Of a stretch of 64,000 nt of DNA, positions 13,931-32,019 are shown piece by piece (the stretch's first letter is position 1; every line of letters starts with the position of its first letter). This DNA is from the human T2T-CHM13v2.0 reference genome, Homo sapiens. Both the position numbers and the translations under genes were made by a program. The DNA lies in the NCBI RefSeq assembly GCF_009914755.1, contig NC_060929.1; one strand, 5' to 3'. The notes beneath the pieces are model-generated. The model ran no database searches and was not told where the DNA came from. It worked only from the letters and a program-made list of their open reading frames with translations.

Positions 13931-15849
13931 AGGGACAGGTTATAGAGCACAGATAGCCAACCAAAGAACAAGATTGTCACTGAAGCTAAAGTTATTGAAG
14001 CTAATGGATACATTTCACACTCTTCTCAGGAGACAGGCTTACAGCTAAATTGGCATGTGGAGAGAAAAGCTCTCAATCAAAGTTTTTTTTTTTTTTAAAG
14101 GAGCTCCTCATTAGAAGAAATAATCACTAACACTCACTCATCATAGCATTGTCCTGTGTCCACACAGTCTTGATGTCCATTTCTCATGTGTCACACTGCA
14201 CAGCTGCTTCTGTCTTTGCATACTGACTGTGAATCTACTAAAAAAAACACCCCACAAATAACCATGTCACAGGTAGCTCTTGAGATAAGAGCCTTCTTTT
14301 AGATCCTTTAAACACAGTTTTGGTATTTTCTAGCATTTTAAATAAATATGTTGATATCTAATTTGTAACACAAGAAAGCTAATTTTAAAATTCATTATTG
14401 CCTACCCACTCTAAGAGACAATTTGAGCTGAATCATTGAAAAGCTGGATTGTTGCTTGCTTGTGGCCCAATAAGAAACAGATGTATCCTAAGTGAGAATG
14501 TATTCATTTACAAAGCAAGCCATGTTTCAGTCTAGTCATAGCCATAACACTTCAGGAACTATCTTTAACATGATCTCTCCCTGGGAGCAAAGCATCTTTT
14601 CTCATGAGAAAATCTGTATAAGACATTTGGTTTCAAAAGGGACTCAAACAACTTTCTCATCTGGAGAACACATGAAAAGGGAAATAAGTGGGAAAATGCT
14701 TTTGAAAACTTCCAATAAAGACATATATCTTCTTGTAGTCACAGAAAAGATTAAGTTGGTGGTGTTTAGTAACTAATGGCAAGACCCTATTGTTTAAAAA
14801 AGTTGCTTACTCATGCCTGCAGGGGAAGTAATAAAGTATTATACCAATAAAAAGTAATAATCACAATCACTGTGGATCTATAAAACATTATTAAATATCC
14901 CTTGACAACTTAAAAAAACTCTAAGTAATTATGAAGCCTCGTTTTAAATTAAAACCTGGCCTTGGTGCCCCACATCACTCTTACATGAGCATGGTAATGA
15001 AGGAGATTTATGATGCCTTGGTGTATATTGCTGCAGAGTTAGCTGGCTGGCCACCCTTATGATATAATCTCTTTTCTCTGCAATTTAATTAAAACAGTGA
15101 AAGATCTGACCTTTGCTGAAGATTTTCTTATCCATAGCACTAAAAATATCCCCTGGAAGCAATCTGTCAATATGATCTTTCAAACACAATCCTGCTCATA
15201 CTGGGGAAGAAGAAAAAGACAATGAGAAATACCAGCATCCAAAAGGTTAGCACAGGTTAGTACATGGTTAGTTGCCATGAAACTGAAGTCAGAAGGCTGC
15301 CTATAAAAAGGGTAAAAAATGAATTTAAGCCACCTAATTATGTGAAGCAATGAATGAAAATTCCCCATCTAGTATCCAGCTTATAATAAGGATACAATAA
15401 TGAAAATTGTCTCTTATTCCTCCAGGTCTCTTAGAGGAATTATCCTGATGTCTATTATGCTTTGTATGGCGCTTATAGGCATTAGTGCCTTGATATATAG
15501 ATACCCATGGGAGTCTTACCTGTTCTCATAACCCCCAGAATTCTATGCATTCTGTAGTAAAATATTTTGCAATGAAGAAAAAAACTCCTCTTTATTGATG
15601 ATAACAGATCACTACCAACTCTGATCTGGTGATTGTCATGTTCCTGTCTGGTCATAGGATAACTGTCATTTATCTTCATGGCTGTGGTGAGAGAGGAAAG
15701 TTCCTCCTTTTCACTGTGTGAACGTGGCCTTCCATTCTGAACTACAATCTGATGGATGAAGAATTGAAGTGCTAGAGAGAAGTAGAGTATAACCCAAGGA
15801 AAAATGGAGCCCATGACGGGGAAAAAATCCTGTTAAACATTCACTAGGA

Positions 15850-16020
15850 AATGGTTAAAGGTCCAAATTTGAGGTCAGACAGACATGGGTTCAATTCCTT
15901 CACCATCCTAGTCACTATTCCTTGGAAAATACATCAATCACTTCTGAGCTCTTGGCTCAGCCTACAAAATAATAGTGTTACTTATTTTGTAAACATGTCA
16001 AGATAATAAGTTTTCTATAT
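15850..16020 (+). mobile_element. MIR
   Basis: 'tttgaggtcagacagacatgggttcaattcc...cacttctgagc' resembles the MIR core. Confidence 0.6.
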
Positions 16021-16789
16021 TATACATTTTATCATTTCATGTTTAATAACAAGTAGAAGAAAATATCAATGGTCAGCAAAAGAAAAAACAACACTAAAGA
16101 AAATATGGGCCAAGCTAGTAAGTCATAAATTTCCATTGAAATGTAAATGTAAGTTAGAGTCTATGAACCTCAGGTGTGGGCAAAGGCTATGAGAAACTGT
16201 GTTGTATTAATCCTTTTATCTAGAGATGATAGTCAAAATCTTTAACAACCAGTATGGAACAAACATCAACAAATAAGAACGGGTGCTGACCATAGACAAG
16301 TAAAATAGCTGTGCCCATGTATACTGGATGTGTATCGGTCATGCACTTTTCCATGCCTAACACTGCACTTTGTACCTAGTAAGTTCTCAATTAATATCTA
16401 CTAGAGTAAATTCACACTGTATTAACCTGGCCATCTCACAAAAGTGAGGTTAATTCAAAAAACACTAAATTAATAATGATTTAGATTTATCATTAATAAT
16501 AATGATTAATAAGGATTTATCAAAGAATTATTCTGACTTTTTATTTCCAGGAAAGTTTTTCACTTTTCATGGATGAGCTTCATTGTAAGTTGTCTGGCTT
16601 CAATCTGATCTTTCATTGTTTTTTCTTTTAATGAAATAACAATTTGGATACTTTACATGATAGGCTTTTTGTTGATTGATTATTAAAATCAATTTGTATC
16701 TTGACTCATTCTAAAAGAATATAAAATAGCTCTATCTTGATTTATAGTTTATGAAGAATTTTATTGGGATTCTTGTGACAACCCTTCAA

Positions 16790-16920
16790 AAATAAGAGGA
16801 CAAGCTCAGAGAAGTTAAATGATTTTCCAAAATCAACTAGTGAAGTGCTGAGTCAAGACTCACACCCTAATCCTATGTTTCAAGTTCAGTGTTCTGTTCC
16901 CTCTACACCACGCAGCCTCT
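16790..16920 (-). mobile_element. MIR
   Basis: 'gctcagagaagttaaatgattttccaaaatc...ctacaccacgcagcctc'. Confidence 0.7.
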
Positions 16921-19900
16921 TGACCGCCTATGTGAACTTCCCATGAGGCCTTATTTGGGGCAGATTCAAGCCTTACTAGCAATTAACTATCCTTAGTGCT
17001 GTGTCTACCTTCTTGTACTCCAAACTTCAGAACCTAGGACAGCACCTGCATAGCCACCTGTTTAATAAGTCTGTAGCTGTCATTGTGAGCATGATTTTGA
17101 GGACTCCTGCCAGCCTTTTTACATGACCACAACTCTCTGGTTCTGATGAGGAGATTGAATTTCTCTAAGCCTACTCCTCTCTTATACCCAAGGTTGCCAT
17201 TACCAATGGCTGTGCCTGCCATTATGACTAAGTTTCCCCAACACACTCCAGTTGTCACTCTTACGCACACTTTTAGCATAGCTAATGATTTCATATGACT
17301 AGATTAGAGTTGTTGGAAAAGTAAAAGCCAACACAATTTTAATTGTGATTAAACACTATACTTTGCCCTTCTACATCTGTTTTTAAATCAAGTACAAACT
17401 TTAATAATACACTCAGCAGAGGCATCTGGAAGATGTGTTGATCCTAGCTGGCAGCAGACACCAGATGGGTTAGTCAATCTGGAACAGATGGTAAATTGAT
17501 ATTAATTAATTATAAGCCTGGACTTTTCCACCATTCATGATTCTCAGTTTCTATGAATATTCACTATTTTTGGTTAATCTCGGTTTACTAAATTCCCCTT
17601 TCTAACCTATGTGATTGTAAGAGAAAAAGAGGAGAAATTTTCTCTCTCACTAGAGAATATCTTGAGCTCTTGAAACACTCTGCAGTTGAAAAATGAACTC
17701 CAACGAGCTCATAACATCATGGTAGAGCTGGGGGGCCATCATTAGCATGATCACAGACCTAGGATTTTTCTATTCCTGCTCTGCCAATTAATGCTACTCT
17801 CTTCCCACAATTCTCCTCCCCTACTCTGTACTGTCAATAAAAGTACCTGTGAGAACTCTATGCAAAGAACAACAACCAAGTAAGTGTAAAGTTCACTCCC
17901 ATCAATAGCTACACACATATCCACTATTCAAATGTAGAGCTCTCTGGAAGGCAAAGATTGAAGTAAACAATTGAGAATTAAGTTCTGAGCAGAACTTCTA
18001 CCACTTCTTATATTGTAATCTTGGGGTAAATGCATGGAGTAAGAAAATTGAGAGAAGGAAGGAGTGAGCTTTCAGGTTCTGTGGAGCAGCTTCTGATTCA
18101 TGTTGAGAGAAATGGTCAAAATGTCACAGAGGATAGGCCATGGCCCCACTAAGTCTCATGGATTGAAAAGTGAGTGTGGATTAGGGAGTGCTGTCTTACC
18201 TGAAGGAACAATACGAACACTCACAAGTCAATGTTGCCCAAGTTGACCAGTCAGATCATCAACTCCTCTTCTTTGAAGTGTGGAAAGAAAGATGGTAAGT
18301 CCTCACATGAAGTGATGTTCAGAGTTCTAGAAAGTTATTACCATCTTTAAAATTCTTATTCAACTCCCTGATGCCTAAGATTCTGCTAACATAATCAGCT
18401 TGCAATTTTATTTTAAATATTTTTGGTTAAAATTAAAAAGTAAAGCTAAAAGTAAAAAATCATAGAGCCGATTTGGTGGTCTAAAGAAGAGAGTAACAAG
18501 GCAGTGGGTACCAAAAGTGGAAGAAAGGATAGAAGGGAGAGAAGAGACACCCAAATATGAATAGTTCGAACCTGGGACCATTAACGAAAAACATGTTTTG
18601 CCTCAGGCTGGCCTTAGAAGTCAGAGAAGATATGGCAGAATCTTCTTGGTAATAGTCATATCAGCTGTTTAATTTATTTGTTGCCTACCCAAAGTGTACT
18701 TGTTCTGGGGAGGAAGGGAGAGAGCTCAGAGAATATATAATTCTTCAGCTTCACCCCAGTCAAAAGTTTTTCTTTCTGTATTGAAAATAGACCACTCAGG
18801 ACTCATGGAAGCATCCTTATTTGTGAACCATTCACCTTACAATTACTGGGGGTGTACAAAGACACACTACAACTAAAAGTTAAGGTTTTCTTTTGATCTC
18901 TTAGATTTTGTTGTATTTTTCCCTTTAATTGTACCTAGAGACAACTACAGAAATTAGATTGGTGGTCCCTGAGACCACAGCGGAGTGCCTCTGGACTTCC
19001 AGAGAGGTCCAAAAAAAATACAATTTGCCTTTACTAAGTTAAACAACAAAATTAATACAGAGTAGATCAGGACAGCTATATAAAAACCCACCCTAATAAT
19101 AGACAATGTGTTCAAAGGTAGGAGAGAGATAATGAAAAACACTACTGTGTCTAGTCAGCAGTGAGCAAGGTGTGGGGATGTGCACTAGAGCACCAAAGAG
19201 AATTTAGGATACTAGTATGGCAACGTACAGCCCCAGAAGCATGGTCCCAGGAAGGGAGGAGTAATCTTTCCCAATGCAGGAGTAACCTCATGCTTCTGAG
19301 GAAAAGGTAGCCAAGTCTGAATTCCCAGATCTAGAAACAGTTGTCATCTGCCATTGGAAACTCCTGAGCACACACTCCAGACAGAGACACACCATTTTAC
19401 TAGGTAGAGTTTTGGCCTCAAATCCATGTGTCATTGTCTACCTTAATGAGCAGAAACAACCAAACCCTGCATGAGCCTAGATCAGAGTTTTTAAAATTGT
19501 TATCCTTAGAACACTAAGGTTTCATATAGTTATCTCATGGGGGACTGCCAAGGAAGTTGAGCAGACAGAGCGTCTCCCTCCAGCTGTCTCCTACCCTCCA
19601 CTGCATCAGCATTTCTACCAAAGCACTTCACTCTTGTCTGAAGATTACACTGGAGTTCTATGTAGGATCTTTTGTGTTGGGGGGGCAGATTCTGCCAGTA
19701 AAAAATGTACCAGGATGCACTTACATTGATAACACAGGCCCTTAGAGCCTGCTCCTTGATTCTTCTCCATGTACTCTATCCTGATCCCCAGGTAGCCTCC
19801 TGTGAGACGTCCCTGGTTATCATATCATATCTATGACATGGACCTCTAAGAGATTATCTAAAGAAAGAGAAGCACAAGGCCAAATAATCTAAGAAAAAAA

Positions 19901-19984
19901 GCCAATCAAAAATTGTGCATGCTATGTAAAAGGAAAAGGTTTTATAATTTCTTGACTCTTTCCAACTGAGGCCCACTTGTGGAC

Positions 19985-20200
19985 CTTAACTGGGAGTAGA
20001 CTCCTTCCCCCCATGGGGCAGTGAAGAGTATGTGAGGGCGCTTTTGGTTGTTGTAAAGATTGGAGAGCATCACTGTAATCTGTAGTAGGGGTCAGAAAAG
20101 AAAAACATCCTGTAATATGTGGGGCAGTTCTGCACCACATATTACAGGTTGTGGTTGGACCTCCCCACCCACCACCAGAATGTCCATACCATATGTGTTT
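19985..20200. mobile_element. hAT DNA transposon relic (MER20-like)
   Basis: 'ttttggttgttgtaaagattgg...catcactgtaatctgtagtaggggtcag...aaacatcctgtaatatgtggggcagttctgcac'. Confidence 0.55.
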
Positions 20201-23200
20201 AAAAATACAACAGAGCCACGGCCTATTCTGCAACATAGTAAAATAATGGGTAATATTTCCAAGACTCTCCCTTGAGGCTAGACAATGCAGATATGTGTAT
20301 TTTATATGAATGAGTACATCATACTATCATAGCATAATAACATTTAACATACAATAAAATCACTATTTCGGAATCCCATACTTTCTGATCTTCTGATGCC
20401 TTTTCCATTTCCCACATCAGTTATAGTTTCATCATAAATTAATACATAAGCCATCTGATGTTTAGACATTGGTCTCTCATGAGCTTGGGTTAAAGTGAGT
20501 TGGTCCATGAGACAAATCTATTCTCAGACACTAACTGAATCAGGCATTAATGCCTATGGAACAAGACTCCTAGACCAAGGATAAGGATAACTCAAGTTTA
20601 AACAACTTCAGAGGGCTTTGGATAGCCACTGGCCTCTCCTTGTGACATTTCTCCAGTTAATTTGAACCTTCTTTAAGCCATAATTTAAATATTCCTCTTG
20701 AAGAAAGTACTTAGATAAGGGCAGATCCAAAATTTTATTCTGGAGTGTGACTTCTGAAAGCATGTGAATGAAACTCAATTTCTATTCTGTCATTGCTGTA
20801 AATCAGGGTGGCATCACGAAAGGGCACCAAACACATAATGTTAAGCAGAGGACTGGGGTATATGCCATTATACATTAGGAACAAAATGCAGACATTTTTA
20901 TGTAAGATTTTTCTCCAGCATTCCACTAACCGTTAATAACCTCCTCCCATTGCTTTTATGTAACTTTACTCATGGGAATTTTATACAATGTGACTAACTC
21001 ATAAAATTTTAATAGAATTGGACATATGGCTAAAAATATCATCTGTTACTGTAATTATTAAGCAACTTTATGCTTCAGAACAGAATCAAGTGAGGTTGGG
21101 AAAAACAAGTCCTTAGAGAAAAGTTACTTGCTTGCTAATTCAGTGTGTATGGACAGAGTTGTCCTTAACTCAATAGTCTAACACAGGTTTGAAGTAAGCA
21201 TAAGAGACTTAGAGAATTGTAGTCCCTTTTCCTGGGGATTTAGTGTTCTGTGACAAATAGAACTCACATATTTCTTCTTGCATGATAAAAAGTCACCACC
21301 AGCATTTAATGATATCCAGAATTTTTAAAAAGAAACAGCTAAAAAAAAACCCTAAGTATTTGCAAAATATACATTGATGAACCTCCTCTTCCCTTATTTT
21401 ACTATTTGTTTCATCTTATATTTTCAATGTCAAAAAATGCAAAACTTCAAAATAGTGACAGCTTAATAATAACTGCCATTTCTTTAATGCTTAACAAGGC
21501 ACATTGCCAAATACTTTACATATTGTCGTGTAGCTAGTGAGATGTAACTTTTTTCAGTCTTGAGAAGCTTCCAGATAGTTGTGTCTGAATGGAGGCAGCA
21601 GATCCCTTAGAGTAGATCTTCAGTGGAGAGGACTCCGTTTCCTTTCTTGGATTTTTGAAGGTATGCAAATGCACCACGAGTAAGTGGTAATCATTGTCTT
21701 TGAGGAAGGATGTAACAGAATCTTCTACAACCGAACAAAGTCTTCTCTTCCCAATGTCCTGGCATTAAGAAAAGTTTAGTAAATTTACTCAGAAAATTAA
21801 AAATGCTCATTTGGGGAGAAATAAGAACAAGATCCAAACTCTCTCTTTTTGAGGCTCAACTCTACTAAAATTTCAATGATAAATGAAAATGGCACAAACC
21901 AAGATATTTATGTAGGAAATGATACCAAGGACCACAAAGGGCAACTTGGCTTTAAGGAAGAGGGCATAGAATGGAGACCTGGATTTGACACCAGATCTGA
22001 CCACTTTTGTGCAAACTTGACTTCAGAAGAACTTGTTACTAGTAATTGGATTCAGAAAGCTCCTGGAAAACCCCTTCAGTTTACACAGCACATGCTCAGC
22101 CATCCAGCTCTTTGGACAGACTAAGGAAAAGAGAGGATTGAAGAGGATAATTACAAACTCTTGTCTTGTTTTTTGACGTGTAGATTTAGGTTCCAATAGA
22201 GACTCATCACCACAATTATTTCTGTTCTGCTTTTTAAGCCAAATTGAGGCAGATCAAAGGATGCCTGAAGAGTAACTTGGGCTGGCATCTTCTTCCATCA
22301 GTAAAGAAATTCATAATGGCAGCAGGGCTGCATTTACAAATGAGCTGATTGAGTAATGCACAACCACAGAGAGTGATGTCCTCATTGATTATGAAGGGAA
22401 ATAGCTCTCCTGGTTGATAATCGTGTATAATTCTCTACATTTTCAAAATTGTATGTATTATATATATGCATACACAGACTTACATATGCTACACAAATCC
22501 ATAATCAGGAGAGGGTAGAGGACCCAGGGACACTCAATATGAGCACATATGAATCCTGGCTCATATTGGATGTAAAAGTTATGTAGGACTCAATTTGCAT
22601 GCTTCTCTTCTCCTTCCTGTCTTTCCCAGCATGACCCCCTCCCCAAGACTATCAAAAACCACAGCTGTCTAGGGGATGTAGCTCTTCCTGTTTGCTGAGA
22701 GGCTATAAAGATACTACTTAGACAATAGGCTCCAACAACCCCGTGAAGATGCCCTGCTCTCTCTACACAGCTGGGCTATGAGACGGCATTCCTGTCACAT
22801 AGATACAGAGGCCATTAAACTGACTGTGGGTTATTAGTACCACTTAGTCTAAGAACAATTAATTTGAGGCTGTGAATAAGAAAGGAGCTATGTTTTTGAG
22901 ATGGACTTCATCCTCTAGAAGTCACTTCTATGTAATTTTAAATAGTAATGAAGAGGATAATGCAGCTGTAGACTGGACTTTGTAAGAAATGACATCTGGA
23001 CATATGTGCTTTCTGGGTGCTTTACACTTCTACAAAGCAGAATTCTAGCTTCACAAAGCCAACCACTGGCAAGGGCCATATAAGTATGATCAACAATTGT
23101 CAACACTCCCCTGCTTCTCTCTGTTCTTGGAACAAAGTTCAAAATACCTAACATCCTCTTTTGTGCCCTGCCTTATCTAGGCCCACTTACCTTTCCAGCC

Positions 23201-23311
23201 TCCTCTGCCTGCAGTTGCCCACCTGCCATACACAAAGAACCCAACTGGCCCCTAACCAAGTGATCCAAATACTCAATACAATCCCAATACAAATTTCAGC
23301 AGAGGGGTGTT

Positions 23312-23325
23312 GTGTGTATATGTGT

Positions 23326-23365
<40 letters not shown>
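23312..23365. repeat. (TG)n microsatellite
   Basis: Direct reading. Confidence 0.93.
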
Positions 23366-25145
<1,780 letters not shown>

Positions 25146-26743
25146 AATTCACCTTTTAAAAAAGCATTTTGTAGGAATCTTCAAGGCTGCCACTTACCCT
25201 CGTTTGAGGGAGGCTTTGATTCCCTTAAAGTTTGACCAGTTGAAGTTGCAGGGAAGTCCTATTTAGAAGATAAAAAATTAAGAGATCCGTGGAAAGTGAC
25301 AATTGCTTAAGTTGGGTCTTGAGTATATTTCATTACTTTCTATTGTCTCAATATATTAGTCTCTCTAGTTTTGTATGTTTTACATTTTCTATAATAAAAG
25401 CATTTTTTTTCCTGAAACTCTATGGAAGTTTTGCATCCAACTCATATCAGCTACTGGGATCTATTTCTATTCTATTTAGTATGTTAGCCCCCTAAGAAAA
25501 CATTGTCATCAAAGCTTTTCGCTTACATAGGAAAGCTCTCCTCCTAGTTATTTGAATCTTTGGAAGTTATTTCTTGTGTATTCTGGTTTCTTTTTCTTCT
25601 TCTTAAAAATAAATATGATCGGGATTTCCTCTTGATCAAGACACCTACCAGCCAATTACCTTTCTTCCCACCCTCCTGTCATCACATAATGAATGACCAA
25701 ATGACAAAAATAAACTCCAATGGAGAACACACATGGAAGTAGATAAAACTAAAAAATATGAGCTGAGAAGAGGAGACATCTATGTCTGGCTAAAGAGAGG
25801 CCCCATGCCAGATTAACTGAAAAGGAAATGATTAATTACAGCAATGTAGCAATAGAGATGCCCCAAGCGTTTCAGTGAAATCAAATGACGCAGGTTAGAG
25901 TCCAAAATAACAGGACGATTGACTTGGGAGTGGTGAAAACACTTTTAAAAATGTTTATGTCACATAAAAATGGCCCCGTTTTTACAAAAACAAACAAAAA
26001 AATACTTTAAAAGGTCAATACAGTAAAGCTACAGATAAAAGCTACAGATAATTTTATTTTCTATACACCAAATGTTCTTCCTAAATTGGAGGATAGAAAC
26101 AGTGCTTTATAAGTCACTGATTTATTTTTTTAAACCATGGAAAAAGTGGTTACCATTCAGGAAGTCACAGATTCCTACATGTAAAAATATCTAACTCTGA
26201 TCTATTTTTATTTTGGAATTACCATTTTTATATTCGTTTCATAACATTTTTTATGCCATTTTCACTTCTCTTTAAGGTTGAACTTTTGTTCATTTTTTTC
26301 TCCTCTTCAGCCTAGATAAAGTGCTTTGCCCTCCCAGGTAAGGAATAGAGTGAAGAGTCCCTTTGTCCTGCAATCTAGTCCTACCGCCATCTTGCCTCTT
26401 CACAGAGAGAGAATAAGGAAAAGTGGCTCAGCTTTTTCACTAATTAAATTGCAACTCCCCAGTTGGAAGTTGGGCAGGCTGCAAAAATAAACTCCACTGT
26501 AGCTCAGTCCCTTGGAAATTCTAAACCAGTATGTATCCCCACCAACCCAAGCATCATGCTGGGTGTACTGTGAGACTCCAGGCTTGAATCTCAGCAGGAA
26601 GGAGGTTTAATGGTGTTACACAGGAAGTAGTTTAGAGTCCATGTTTCTTTGCAATGAAGAAATTCATTGAAATTAACCAAGAAAAGCATCAAAATATAAA
26701 ACATGCCTGCTCTTTCTCTTCAGCAGTGCCTAAACTTATTTTA

Positions 26744-27052
<309 letters not shown>

Positions 27053-27822
27053 TAAACTTATTCTAATCCCTCATTGAATGGAGGTAAAGGACAGAGAAGA
27101 GTTGGGGATAGCCCAACAAAAGCAATTCCAAGCAAACAGAGGCTGAACCATTCCCCAGATAACAAGAAAAGAACCTCAAGTTTCTCAGAGGCGATGAACT
27201 ACCTTGTAGCAATGCAATATAAAAGTAATGGTAACTTGTGGTGGGTAGCTTTCAGTATGTATGAAGGACCCCTCCTTATCCATAACTTTAAAAGAGCCAG
27301 AATTTAAAATAAGAGTTATCACTTAAGCTGAGGTTGAGATTTATTTTTTCCTGTAAATGATAGTAAAAGTTTTGATATAAAGACATGGTGGCAAGGAGAG
27401 CATGGAATAGCAAGAACAGAATCAGACACTGAGGAACACCATTGGCTTTATGAAAGAGCCTACATGAGAGGCTAAGAATATTGTACACAAAGACTCTTGA
27501 TATTCTTTAGCAAATCCCTAAAAATGAAGCATATAAAAAGCATACAGAACAGATTACAAATGATAAGCTGGCTATGGCTGAAGTGGAACCAGATGTTAAA
27601 GAACTAGAAGACCAACTTCAAGGTGGCCCAATAGAAGAGCGATTCTTCAGGCTGCAAATGAACTAAGTCTGGCAAGAAAAATAATGCAGTGGAAATTATG
27701 GGAACCATTAGTATAAGAGTTCCCACCAATCAGTGGGAATGACCAATACAATCATTAAATGATTTTAGCAGGTGGATGGGAAACTGATGTAACTAAATAT
27801 TCTGTTATATTAAAAGTGCGTT

Positions 27823-28126
27823 GGCCGGGCGCAGTAGCTCACGCCTGTAATCCCAGCACTTTGGGAGGGCAAGGCGGGCGGATCACGAGGTCAGGAGATT
27901 GAGACCATCCTGGCTAACACAGTGAAACCCCGTCTCTACTAAAAATACAAAAAAATTAGCCAGGTGTGTTGGTGGGCGCCTGTAGTCTCAGCTACTCGGG
28001 AAGCTGAGGCAGTAAAATCGCTTGAACCCGGGAGGCGGAGGTTGTACTGAGCCGAGATCGGAGATCGCACCATTGCACTCCAGCCTGGGCGTCAGAGCGA
28101 GACTGTCTCAAAAAAAAAAAAAAACA
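27823..28126 (+). mobile_element. Alu (AluSc/AluY-like) inside the pseudogene 3'UTR
   Basis: Full Alu; TSD aaaagtg(c/t)gt at 27812-27821 and 28127-28136. Confidence 0.95.
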
Positions 28127-28233
28127 AAAAGTGTGTCCATGTTATCAATATATTGTAATCAAGAAAACTCATGCAGAAAATATTTAGCAGACTTGTTAAA
28201 ATAAGTGACTTGTAATACTGTTTTGTAGATCAA

Positions 28234-28745
28234 CTGTTTTTTGTTTTTTGTTTTTTTTACTTTAAGTTCTGGGATGTATGTGCAGAACATGCAGGTTAGT
28301 TACACAGGTATACATGCGCCATGGTGGTCTGCTGCACCTATCAACCCGTCATCTAGGTTTTAAGCCCCGCATGCATTAGGTAGTTGTCCTAATGCTCTCC
28401 CTCCTCTTTCCCTCCACTCCCCAATAGGCCCTGATGTGTGATGTTCCCCTCCCTGTGTCCATGTGTTCTCATTGTTCAGCTCCACTTATGAGTGAAAACA
28501 TGCGGTGTTTGGTTTTCTGTTCCTGTGTTAGTTTGCTGAGAATGATGGTTTCCAGCTTCATCCATGTCCTTGCAAAGAACATGAACTCCTTCTTTTTTAT
28601 GGCTGCATAGTATTCCATGGTGCATATGTGCCACATTTTCTTTGTCCACTCTATGATTGATGGGCATTTGGGTTGGTTCCAAGTCTTTGCTATTGTAAAT
28701 AGTGCTGTAATAAACCTAAGTGTGCATGTGTCTTTATAGTAGAAT
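28234..28745 (-). mobile_element. L1PA7/8-like 3' end (~510 bp)
   Basis: 'ctgcacctatcaacccgtcatctaggttttaagccccgcatgcattagg' 3'UTR; TSD tgt(t/c)ttgt(a/g)gatcaa at 28219-28233 and 28746-28760. Confidence 0.92.
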
Positions 28746-29853
28746 TGTCTTGTGGATCAATTTTTGATTTGTATTCACAAAAATTATTTCAAGATAATAT
28801 TTCTTTGAACAGAGAGGCTGTGGGAAGATTTGAAAATTAATTAAAATAATTGCTACAGATCTTCAATGCAGAGGCCATAATCAAGAAGTGAAGTTTCTTT
28901 AGCAGTATTTTCAATGTCCTTTAATTTTTTTATTGTCCTGAAAAAGAAAAGGCCTTTAATTATTATTGTCTAAATAAATTTATAGGTCACTGTTTGAAGT
29001 AAAGTAGTAAGAGTGAATATTTTCATATGTGATAAAAAAATACAAGTGGCTGGTCATAAAATTTGAAATTAACCTCCTTGGCTGTAATCTTATGTCTATA
29101 AAGTAAAATTTAAATATATAATTGTGTACTGATTACAAAATCCATAATAAATGTCATTTTATTTTAGTCTTTATTTGAATTATTATTCCATTTACTCTAT
29201 TTTCATATAGTTTTAATTTTATCATATTTTGTTGTTACTCTATTATTTTCAAAAATCTTCAAATTATAATTCATTGTACAGTTGAAGAAATTGGTACTTG
29301 AAAGAAATATTTCTTATTGCACAGGGGTAGTTGGAAAAACTTTTCTTTTTGTTGCATTTAAGGAAATTAGCTTTCTGGCCCCTCGGCTTCTAATTTTCTT
29401 GATCAACCCTGTTACATCAAGATAGAGGTGGAATTTCTGTAAAAGAAGAGACATTAACAGTTCCTGAAGTTTTTCTGGCATATGGATAGGCTTAGACTCA
29501 AAACATTTTGGTCATAAGGCTGCAAATGCAAAGTGGAATCACTAAGTAGTTTTTACTAAGTTTCTAATATGATTGCAGGTGGATATCAAAATAAGACAAA
29601 TGCTGTCCAAGGAAAGAAAACATTGGCAAGCTTTTAAAGAAAGTGTGGATAGAACTTCTGCTTATACAGCACTGTGAAACATCTATTATCATCTATTCTA
29701 TAGATGAAGAAACCGGTTAGGTTACTTGCCCAAATAACTTTTTTATTTATGGAAAATATTCGTCTTTAGAATTAGCATATTTATTGCAATTTGGGAGACA
29801 GATTAGACCTAGAAACACTGTTTTGCTTTTTTTTTAGGGGTGTTAGTGCTGTA

Positions 29854-31483
<1,630 letters not shown>

Positions 31484-31749
31484 TTAGCTACTTAGCTCTT
31501 AGCCATGTAATTGCTATTGCATGTAATTGCATTTTCCCTCTAGAATTCAATATCAGGTTTAAGGCTATGGATCTCTGACTTGAATAAAGTAGCAGTGTGT
31601 AATAAAATATGTCAAGCAATAAAGATCAAGATAATACAATTGTACCATTTTATTTGTGGTAAATAATTATCTTGTTAACTAGTGATGCACCATTCAGATT
31701 TTCCTTCAGTGAAACAATGAACATCTTGTTGTCCTTACTGTTGCTAGTA

Positions 31750-32019
31750 TGTCCGCTGCCACCCTTTCATAGCCAGCCCCTCTGAAATTGTGTTAATCCA
31801 GCCTCCAGGTCCAAGGCTACATGGCTCACATTCAGTGACTGATGGACATGGGGCTACAAAGGACGAGTTCTTTCTTTTGAACTCAAGACCACTATGGAGG
31901 ACCATTCTTATTCCAAATTTTTCCTGTGGGCTCAGTTTAGGATGTAGCTACCCAACACTTTCTTTCCCTTCTCCTTTACAGATGTTGATCCCAGAGATTT
32001 CTAATAAACATTGTGCAGG
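31750..32019 (+). mobile_element. LTR16-like (ERVL) fragment ending just after its poly-A signal
   Basis: 'cctttacagatgttgatcccagagatttctaataaacattgtgca' resembles the recalled LTR16 'ccttcacaggtgttgatccc..ctaataaac..ctgca'. Confidence 0.6.

Noticed and set aside
16230-16340. Possible hAT transposon relic ('tttaacaaccagtatgg...')
   Set aside because: Too diverged to assign without a search.
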